From the NCBI GenBank assembly GCA_964429815.1, contig CAYSCM010000005.1:1-10856 (forward strand): a stretch of 10,856 bases of DNA, written 5' to 3'. The notes below the pieces were generated by a model that was not told where the DNA came from, searched no databases, and saw only the letters and a list, made by a program, of their open reading frames with translations. Origin of the DNA: an uncultured Candidatus Saccharibacteria bacterium. GTDB lineage: Bacteria > Patescibacteriota > Minisyncoccia > Phycocordibacterales > CAYSCM01. Made by a program: the position numbers and the translations under genes. How positions within the stretch are numbered: position 1 is the first letter of the stretch; every line of letters begins with the position of its first letter. Below, in pieces: positions 1 through 5,447 of this stretch.

Positions 1-62
1 CTCAATGGTAGAGCAGCTCCCTGTTAAGGAGTTGGTTGTAGGTTCGAGTCCTACCACCGGAG
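1..62 (+). tRNA. tRNA-Asn (anticodon GUU), 5'-truncated by the window edge; CCA not encoded
   Basis: D-arm GCTCAATGGTAGAGC-like at 1-14. Anticodon stem gctcc/ggagt (16-20/28-32) with 7-nt loop CTGTTAA gives anticodon GTT. Variable loop tggtt. T-arm gtagg-TTCGAGT-cctac (38-54). 3' acceptor strand caccgga plus discriminator g (55-62). Confidence 0.8.
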
Positions 63-83
63 CAGTAACACTTAGTAACACTC

Positions 84-104
84 CATGCCCGTCGGGCATG
101 TTTC
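84..104 (+). terminator. Hairpin terminator downstream of the tRNA
   Basis: Perfect palindrome catgccc-gtc-gggcatg (84-100) followed by ttt (101-103). Confidence 0.5.
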
Positions 105-146
105 GCCTCCTGCCGGCGGTGCTTCATTCCTGAGAGAATTGCCGGC

Positions 147-362
147 ATGTCTCGCGTCACTATTACGTTTTCGATCTCTTTACTCCCCGACATGGCCGCG
201 GACTTGGATCGCGTTTGCAAAGAGGAGCACCGCACGCGGTCCGAGCTAATCCGAGAGGCACTGCGACGATATTTTGCCCTTCGCACATTTTGGAAAGACA
301 AACTCGACCAGGCTCCGCTGGAGGCTTCATCGCCTCACCCACCGCGAGCTCCTGGGCGGTGA
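147..362 (+). CDS. Ribbon-helix-helix (CopG/ParD-type) DNA-binding protein, putative antitoxin or transcriptional repressor, 71 aa
   Basis: N-terminus MSRVTITFSISLLPDMAADLDRVCKEEHRTRSELIREALRRYF matches the RHH beta-strand-helix-helix pattern (T-I-T-F/L...SELIREAL). Direct repeats tgccggc at ~110 and ~141 upstream could form an operator. No partner toxin ORF lies downstream. Confidence 0.6.
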   Translation: MSRVTITFSISLLPDMAADLDRVCKEEHRTRSELIREALRRYFALRTFWKDKLDQAPLEASSPHPPRAPGR

Positions 363-682
363 ATGAATAAACGCGCGAGCTTGCAGGGATTGATTGTGGG
401 TAATCGAGGCCTATATGGCGCGCTCGGGCAAGGGATTTCTCATGGAGGTCCACATGCCTTGGAGTTCTTGGACTAAGAGCGGAAGCGGTGAATCGAAGAG
501 CAAAAGCGTCGAAGCCTCAAGAAGCTCGAGCGGAAACAGGGAGACGCACCACCTGAGCACGGCAGGAGGTGGACGCCACCACTCCGGCGGAGGCGACAGA
601 GGCAATCACACGCACGTCGTCGTTCAACACCGTGAGGGCCGCAGCACGGCCCACGCCGTCCCTCACAAGCATAATCGATAGA

Positions 683-1096
683 CTATCGGACTTGCGGAGA
701 GCCGCTGCCGCCCCTGAGCAGCGGCTCGATTTTTTTGTACTCTCTTGCTGCATCAAAAGCTTTGTACGACTGACTATATTCATGAGCGCCCTCGCAATAG
801 ACCGACACATCGAGCGCAAAATCTCTGACCTGCGAAGACAGCTGCTCAATTTCTGATATCAGAAAGAAGTAGGCCGAGAGTGGCATGTCGGTCTCGCCTC
901 TCTTGAGCTTTCTGAGCCCATACTCGAGCATGGCGCGTACGTCGATCGCGTCGACATTGAGAAATCCGATCAGCTTGGGGAGATGAGGGTTGTTCTTGTT
1001 ATCTGCCAGGAACTCGGCAAACGACTGACGCGATTCGTCAGAAAGCTTTGCTGCCACCCTTTCTTCGGCTGATGTCATGACGCGAGCATAGCACAC
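683..1096 (-). CDS. Hypothetical protein, 137 aa (131 aa if it starts at the ATG at 1078)
   Basis: The translation has protein-like composition (…KLIGFLNVDAIDVRAMLEYGLRKLKRGETDMPLSAYFFLISEIEQLSSQVRDFALD…), unlike the overlapping alternative-frame ORFs, which are R/S/A-rich. No recognisable motif. No clear SD. Confidence 0.45.
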   Translation of the reverse strand: MCYARVMTSAEERVAAKLSDESRQSFAEFLADNKNNPHLPKLIGFLNVDAIDVRAMLEYGLRKLKRGETDMPLSAYFFLISEIEQLSSQVRDFALDVSVYCEGAHEYSQSYKAFDAAREYKKIEPLLRGGSGSPQVR

Positions 1097-1199
1097 TCGC
1101 TATGAAGATCGGATTGAGCCTCCATCGCGATTGCCGTGGAGAAAAAATGGACTCAGTTCGATAGTGCGCGAGACCCCGCAGTCGAAGGTTTTTGAAAAC

Positions 1200-1379
1200 T
1201 TAGTTCGTCTCGTTTTTATTCGAGTCCATTTCGGGAGTTTGTAAGCGCTCGTGGATGCGCAGAACGACCGTTAGGTACTGACGCAGGTTATAGAGCCCCT
1301 CTTCCCTTCTCGCCTTTCTGGCTCGAGGCATGAGGCTTTGGATAAAAGCGTTCGGGTCAAACTTCTTCTTTTTGATCAT
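1200..1379 (-). CDS. Possible small basic protein, 59 aa (MIKKKKFDPNAFIQSLMPRARKARREEGLYNLRQYLTVVLRIHERLQTPEMDSNKNETN)
   Basis: ATG-initiated ORF missed by the 60-aa ORF cutoff. Lys/Arg-rich N-terminus. Same strand as, and ~100 bp upstream of, the 683..1096 ORF. No SD and no homology recognised. Confidence 0.2.
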   Translation of the reverse strand: MIKKKKFDPNAFIQSLMPRARKARREEGLYNLRQYLTVVLRIHERLQTPEMDSNKNETN

Positions 1380-1467
1380 TGCGGCACCCTACTTGATTGA
1401 TGAAGGAAAGCTACATCGGCGTGAGAATAAGGTACCGATCCGCAAGGGCTGATGAGGTGCGCCCGGT

Positions 1468-1496
1468 GGCTGCATGCTAAAATGAAGCATGCAGCC
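1468..1496. promoter_or_regulatory. Perfect 10-bp inverted repeat ggctgcatgc-N9-gcatgcagcc overlapping the start codon of the 1489 ORF (candidate operator or RNA hairpin)
   Basis: Read directly from the sequence. The right arm contains the ATG at 1489. Confidence 0.45.
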
Positions 1497-1725
1497 GTCT
1501 TCAACTTGGACCCCAGAAGAGTGGCGGGAGTTCGAAGGTAAGCTTCGCCTTCTGCCACTCGATGATCTCGCCGCTCTCTCTGGCAGGACCGGCCTTACAT
1601 TTACACGGCCCGCATCGGAGCTCACCAGAGAGGATTACATTGGCGCGCTCGACGAGTCTGACAAAACAGAGCTCTTGAAGGCGTACGACGAAGTAGTTTC
1701 CCGCCGAGGTCGACAGAACACCTAG
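1489..1725 (+). CDS. Small HeH/SAP (Rho-N-like) motif protein, 78 aa, hypothetical
   Basis: LLPLDDLAALSGRTGLTFTRPASELTREDYIGAL fits the helix-extended-helix pattern LxxLxxxELxxxAxxxGLxxxxxxxK/RxELIxxL of SAP/Rho-N/LEM domains. Protein-like composition. Convergent with doc. Confidence 0.45.
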   Translation: MQPSSTWTPEEWREFEGKLRLLPLDDLAALSGRTGLTFTRPASELTREDYIGALDESDKTELLKAYDEVVSRRGRQNT

Positions 1726-1730
1726 GTCTT

Positions 1731-2090
1731 TCACTCCTTCGCGAAGAGAAGATTTGCAATCTGGCGAATGACTGACTGGTGGTCGTCCTCCTGGATCTTC
1801 TCGATAAACACCGCAAGCTCGTCGAGCGTTGGGTTGTCGCCGCCAAAGTTCGGTGAGAGAGCGTTGACCTCACAGACGACGCTGAACACGAGACAGGCGG
1901 TGCGTTTGTTGCCGTCGGTGAACGGGTGATCTTTGATGAGGAAATAGATATACGCCACAGCCTTCTCTTCGATCGTGGCGTAGTTGGGTGCTCCGTAGTG
2001 GGCGCCCGTGATGTTCACGACGATAGACTCGACGATCTGCTGCGCCGAGACCGTCAGAGGGAATGAGACCAGCCCCTCCTTATGCAGCAA
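1731..2090 (-). CDS. doc: Doc (death-on-curing) toxin, Fic/Doc family kinase. Probable TTG start at 2090; the maximal ORF runs to a GTG at 2159
   Basis: Diagnostic Doc motif H-P-F-T-D-G-N-K-R (HxFx[D/N][A/G]NKR) in IKDHPFTDGNKRTA. N-terminal region IVESIVVNITGAHYG aligns to phage P1 Doc LIALHDANISRYGG. Starting at TTG gives a Doc-sized ~119-aa protein that overlaps the upstream ORF's stop by 11 nt. The GTG start at 2159 would overlap the upstream ORF by 80 nt. Confidence 0.85.
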   Translation of the reverse strand: MLHKEGLVSFPLTVSAQQIVESIVVNITGAHYGAPNYATIEEKAVAYIYFLIKDHPFTDGNKRTACLVFSVVCEVNALSPNFGGDNPTLDELAVFIEKIQEDDHQSVIRQIANLLFAKE

Positions 2091-2271
2091 CTCGTATACG
2101 AGGCAGACGCTTTTCGGCGGTACGAGTTGAAATGTTCTTTTTCCCGGTGTCGTAGTCACGAAGCGATTCTAAGACGGGCAGGTTCTTCTTGAGCTGCCCT
2201 TGTGCAACCTTCTCAAAGGATCCTTTTGCTGTTGTGCGGCGTTTGCTAGCCATACGGCGATTATACCTCAT
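2080..2271 (-). CDS. Putative antitoxin partner of Doc (not recognisably Phd/YefM-like). In-frame starts at TTG 2286, ATG 2271 and ATG 2253
   Basis: Small basic ORF immediately upstream of doc, whose TAA stop is embedded in the doc 5' region. It is placed by its position alone, which matches the toxin-antitoxin operon arrangement. Sequence …MASKRRTTAKGSFEKVAQGQLKKNLPVLESLRDYDTGKK…. Confidence 0.5.
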   Translation of the reverse strand: MRYNRRMASKRRTTAKGSFEKVAQGQLKKNLPVLESLRDYDTGKKNISTRTAEKRLPRIRVAA

Positions 2272-2286
2272 AATCGACACAATCAA
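2254..2286 (-). promoter_or_regulatory. Candidate sigma70-type promoter of the antitoxin-doc operon: TTGATT (2286..2281) - 15 bp - TATAAT (2265..2260), with ATG 2253 only 6 nt downstream (possible leaderless transcript)
   Basis: Hexamers read directly on the minus strand. The spacer is short (15 bp), so the call is tentative. Confidence 0.35.
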
Positions 2287-2407
2287 AAATGAAGCGACGC
2301 GGATACGATTCTAAGAGTCTAGAGTTGCATCCTTGGCTACCTAGACAATTTCTAAACGTGTGGTTGTATTCAGTTGGAGACTAACTGGTTCGAAGGGAGC
2401 AAAATCC

Positions 2408-2713
2408 ATGTCACTCGATCAGTGGCTTTTTCTAATCGGCGCAGGTTGGTGGCTCATCGTTGGAATGATCAGTACGCTCGTCAGCGAATACCGCACACAG
2501 TCCATCGTCGTGGTGATCGCCCAGATCCCGATCTGGGTTTTGATGCCATTGTGCTGCGTCGCTTGGCTAGCAAATAATTGGGCGACGAGTGAAGGCGGTG
2601 TTGCCGGTACAATCGTATTGGCCGCGATCTGCTGGCCCATTGCGGCGTTTCTCATGCATGCACTTGTCAAAGACCTTCGCGGTCATGGAGACCACGAGCC
2701 GCAGCACACCTAA
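2408..2713 (+). CDS. Small integral membrane protein (2 predicted TM helices), hypothetical, 101 aa
   Basis: MSLDQWLFLIGAGWWLIVGMISTLV… followed by IPIWVLMPLCCVAWLANNW…GTIVLAAICWPIAAFLM. GGGAG lies 10 nt upstream of ATG 2408, one of the few SD-like sites in the window. The longer ORF from 2360 lacks an RBS. Confidence 0.55.
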   Translation: MSLDQWLFLIGAGWWLIVGMISTLVSEYRTQSIVVVIAQIPIWVLMPLCCVAWLANNWATSEGGVAGTIVLAAICWPIAAFLMHALVKDLRGHGDHEPQHT

Positions 2714-2991
2714 GCACCCTTCGTCAGCGCCGTTCGCCACTGTGGTGGATGGCGCCTTCTTTTATGCCGTCCCCAACTCTTTCTCGACCTGCGTGGTAAA
2801 GTGTTTCAACAAGACGTCGAATGTTGCCTTCACGGCCATTCGAGGTGTGTCCCGAACAAGTGAGCAAACGAGAGCCGCGCGAAAGCGTGCTTCCGCATGA
2901 CCGAGCTTGCAACGACGGCAAGCCCTGCTTACCGCCGGAGTTTGATATTTTGAGCCATGATTTTGCCTACCCTTGCGGGGGGTTAAAGCTT

Positions 2992-3020
2992 TTGAAGATT
3001 CAGATAATTGGTAATATACT
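2992..3020 (+). promoter_or_regulatory. Candidate promoter TTGAAG-17bp-TATACT for the 3075 gene. An alternative -10 TATTAAT lies at 3054-3060.
   Basis: AT-rich island in a GC-rich window, with near-consensus hexamers and 17-bp spacing. Confidence 0.4.
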
Positions 3021-3074
3021 AGTCGCAAAACCGTCTTATACGGTAATTACAAGGTATTAATTTTATTTCATCAT

Positions 3075-3752
3075 ATGAGAAGAATTGCATTAATGCTTGG
3101 ATCCCTTGGGTTTCTTGCAGTAGGTAGCGTGGCGTTCGCGCAGACAGCGTCCACGACTACTAGTGGCACAACAACTGCAGCCCCCGCACAGCAGATAGTT
3201 CTGCAGATTGGCCCCACAGGCAAGGTTCTTTTGCGCGGCACCATTGATTCAGTGTCGGCGACGTCTCTCACCGTCAAGAGCTGGGGCGGTGATTGGACTA
3301 TAAACGTACCCGCGTCTGCTGGGGTCATGCCGCAGGGCGTTGCGCTCTCAAGCTTCCATCAGGGTGACTTTGTCGGAGTTCATGGAACGGTCAACCAAAG
3401 CAGCAGTTGGACCATTGACGCAACCCTCGTGCGCGACTGGACCGCGCGTCAAGCATTGAATCAAGAGATAAAGAACAATGTTCAGACGGTACATCGGGAA
3501 ATGGCAGCCGGACCGAGAACAATCCAGGGAGTCCTTAGCAACCTGAATGCGTCAGCACAGACCTTCACGCTCACATCCTCAGAGGGTACCGCTTACTCGG
3601 TTACGCTGGCTTCGGGCGCAAAACTTCTCGCTCAAAATTGGGCGACGCTTGATCTTAGCAAGGTGAGCAACGGGGATACGGTTCGCGTATACGGAACGAT
3701 CTCGGGCTCGGCAATATCAGCGACGATCTTCCGAGATGTGTCGGTGAAATAA
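3075..3752 (+). CDS. Secreted protein with two tandem DUF5666-like beta domains, 225 aa
   Basis: Sec signal peptide MRRIALMLGSLGFLAVGSVAFA|Q, then a T/S/A-rich linker. The ~85-aa module is present twice (GKVLLRGTIDSVSATSLTVKSWGGDWTINV…GDFVGVHGTV…TIDATLV and RTIQGVLSNLNASAQTFTLTSSEGTAYSVTL…GDTVRVYGTISGSAISATIF). The pattern G-V/I-…-TLTV/TFTL…GD-V-V-G matches the DUF5666 family from memory. Confidence 0.75.
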   Translation: MRRIALMLGSLGFLAVGSVAFAQTASTTTSGTTTAAPAQQIVLQIGPTGKVLLRGTIDSVSATSLTVKSWGGDWTINVPASAGVMPQGVALSSFHQGDFVGVHGTVNQSSSWTIDATLVRDWTARQALNQEIKNNVQTVHREMAAGPRTIQGVLSNLNASAQTFTLTSSEGTAYSVTLASGAKLLAQNWATLDLSKVSNGDTVRVYGTISGSAISATIFRDVSVK

Positions 3753-3772
3753 TCCGGGGTCGAAAGTAAAAA

Positions 3773-3806
3773 CAAACGACGGTCACGCGACCGTCGTTTG
3801 TTTTTT
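3773..3806 (+). terminator. Rho-independent terminator: perfect 12-bp stem caaacgacggtc / gaccgtcgtttg, loop acgc, then TTTTTT
   Basis: Read directly. Lies 21 nt after the 3752 stop. An A-run upstream makes it potentially bidirectional. Confidence 0.85.
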
Positions 3807-4102
3807 GTGGCCACGTTCAGATTAAATAGCGCAAGCTAAGATAGAGAGGCATGTGAATCTTATCCGCCCATACTTATCCATGCCCTAACGGCTTTAAATG
3901 CGCGAAGCTAAACCTTGCTGCGATAAATTCGTTAAAATAGTAAAATGAGGCATGTTTTTAGGAAAGCAACATGAGAGGAGGATCAATAAGCTGCTCTCGG
4001 GCGGCTTTTTGTTTTGAGAAACCAGGCTTCTACGCGCATGGATTCTGAGCAGTCGGTCGCAAAGCGAAGGAAGCCTTCTTCACGCGAAACGTACAGTCGA
4101 TT

Positions 4103-4111
4103 TGGTATACT
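4103..4111 (+). promoter_or_regulatory. Extended -10 element TGgTATACT upstream of the VOC gene pair
   Basis: The same TGgTATACT nonamer recurs at 6533-6541 (panD). TATACT is also the -10 of the 3075 promoter. Confidence 0.35.
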
Positions 4112-4138
4112 GCCCCGGTTACTAGTAAAAAAATCTCT

Positions 4139-4543
4139 ATGAACCCCGTCGTTCACTTCGAGATGCCCTACGAGAACCGCGATCGTATGGCGGACTTTTA
4201 TTCGCAGGCGTTCGGATGGCAGCTCAATAAGCTGGGGTCTGACATGGGCGACTACGTCGTCGCTATGACCTCGGAGCGCTCCGACCCGAGAGCCCGCCCG
4301 GAGAAGCCCGGCGTTATCGATGGTGGCTTCTTTAAGAAAAGTAAGCAAAACCAGGTGCCGGGCATCGTCGTAGCCGTCGACGATATCAAAGCCGCGATGA
4401 GGAAGGTCGAGGCTTCCGGCGGAAAAATAATCGGCGCGAGCCAAGGAAAGGAACCTGACGACATCCCCGGCGTCGGGCTCTATATCTCGATTCAAGATAC
4501 CGAGGGTAACCGCGTGGCGCTTCTTGAGCCGCGAGGAATGTAG
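4139..4543 (+). CDS. VOC (glyoxalase/bleomycin-resistance/dioxygenase) family protein, 134 aa
   Basis: N-terminal VHFEMPYENRDRMADFYSQAFGW, a beta-alpha-beta-beta-beta module start typical of PhnB/glyoxalase-like VOC proteins. C-terminal …GLYISIQDTEGNRVALLEP. Confidence 0.8.
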   Translation: MNPVVHFEMPYENRDRMADFYSQAFGWQLNKLGSDMGDYVVAMTSERSDPRARPEKPGVIDGGFFKKSKQNQVPGIVVAVDDIKAAMRKVEASGGKIIGASQGKEPDDIPGVGLYISIQDTEGNRVALLEPRGM

Positions 4544-4545
4544 CC

Positions 4546-4932
4546 ATGTTCAAAAACACTCCGACATTTACGAGCATCTCCGCTCCCGACATTGCCGCGA
4601 TGAGGGCCTTTTATGGCGACGTACTCGGACTTCCGGTCGATGAGGCTCCCGAGGGACTCACCGTCAAGCTTTTCGGCGGCGGCCACTTCTTCATCTATCC
4701 TTCAGAGGAGTACCGCGCGCCTGAACATACGGTCCTCAATTTCATTGTTCCCGATATAGACAAAGCCGTGGATAGGCTCAATGCCAAGAGCGTCACGATG
4801 GAGCAGTATCCGGAATTCCGGACCGATGAGAGGGGCATTTGCCGCAACGACGGGAAGCGGCCCGGACCCAAGGCCATCGCGTGGTTCAAGGACCCGGCAG
4901 AGCACATCCTCGCGGTGATAGAGGAAAAGTGA
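4546..4932 (+). CDS. Second VOC/glyoxalase-family protein, 128 aa. Starts 2 nt after the previous stop, so likely co-transcribed.
   Basis: AMRAFYGDVLGLPV…HTVLNFIVPDIDKAVDRL…AIAWFKDPAEHILAVIE, a VOC-fold pattern. Confidence 0.75.
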   Translation: MFKNTPTFTSISAPDIAAMRAFYGDVLGLPVDEAPEGLTVKLFGGGHFFIYPSEEYRAPEHTVLNFIVPDIDKAVDRLNAKSVTMEQYPEFRTDERGICRNDGKRPGPKAIAWFKDPAEHILAVIEEK

Positions 4933-4969
4933 CACTCGTGAGTAGAAACTTAGCAGGTAATAAAAAAAT

Positions 4970-5305
4970 ATGAAGAAATTTTTAGCACTCCTCAATGCCC
5001 CGCTCGCCTCCTTCGATAGGGCGCTCAAAATGCCAAAAGAGGATATGGGCCCGGCAATGGAGGCGTGGAACACATGGATGGCCGCGCACAAGAAAGATCT
5101 CATTGACCCGGGTGCTCCTGTCGGCAAGAGCATGAAAGTCACTCCCGCCGGAGCAGAAAAGTTCCGCAACCAGGTCGGCGGCTACATGGTGGTCCAGGCG
5201 AAATCGCTCGAGGAGGCGGCCAAACTGTTCGGTAAAGGCCACCCGCACTATATGCTCGAGAACGCATGGGTCGAGGTGACGGAAATACTGCCGATGGATA
5301 TGTAA
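4970..5305 (+). CDS. YciI-like / dimeric alpha+beta-barrel (Dabb) family protein, 111 aa
   Basis: MKKFLALLNAPL… …GGYMVVQAKSLEEAAKLFGKGHPHY…VEV resembles the YCII-related domain signature. Confidence 0.55.
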   Translation: MKKFLALLNAPLASFDRALKMPKEDMGPAMEAWNTWMAAHKKDLIDPGAPVGKSMKVTPAGAEKFRNQVGGYMVVQAKSLEEAAKLFGKGHPHYMLENAWVEVTEILPMDM

Positions 5306-5402
5306 GCACGCTCGCAGAAATTTTTTAAGCCCTTGCCCTACCCCAAACCCCTTAAAAAATTTCAGCTCGCTCCCGGCGGAAAAGATTCTAGATGCAGTAT
5401 AG

Positions 5403-5434
5403 AAAAACGCGCGGCCCAGGGGCCGCGCGTTTTG
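5403..5434. terminator. Strong bidirectional rho-independent terminator shared by the convergent YciI-like and PLP-enzyme genes
   Basis: AAAAA-cgcgcggcc-cagg-ggccgcgcg-TTTT: a 9-bp GC stem with an A-run on one side and a T-run on the other. The minus-strand gene's stop is 14 nt away. Confidence 0.85.
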
Positions 5435-5447
5435 TCGTTCACCCACT

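Noticed and set aside
394-856. ORFs 394-681 (+), 569-856 (+) and 517-849 (-) in the gap after the RHH gene
   Set aside because: Their low-complexity translations (SGSGESKSKS…, RAAARPTPS…) do not look like proteins. They may mark a decayed toxin gene, which is reported as a finding rather than a feature.
2075-2081. AAGGAGG Shine-Dalgarno-like heptamer on the minus strand inside the doc 5' region
   Set aside because: No ATG, GTG or TTG lies at a functional spacing downstream. It is probably a fortuitous K-E-G codon string.
1-2300. Integrated mobile element at the tRNA-Asn gene, with the tRNA 3' end as attL
   Set aside because: No integrase, recombinase or transposase appears in the window, and no direct repeat of the tRNA 3' end was found by eye. 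It is kept only as a hypothesis in the findings.
3971-4048. 25-codon ORF MRGGSISCSRAAFCFEKPGFYAHGF with a GGAAAG RBS
   Set aside because: It is too short and unsupported to call as a gene. It is mentioned only as a possible leader peptide.
3983-5446. Minus-strand ORFs 3983-4495, 4702-5169 and 4982-5446 overlapping the VOC and YciI genes
   Set aside because: They are antisense to plus-strand genes with clear family signatures. Their translations are Arg/His/Cys-rich and lack motifs.
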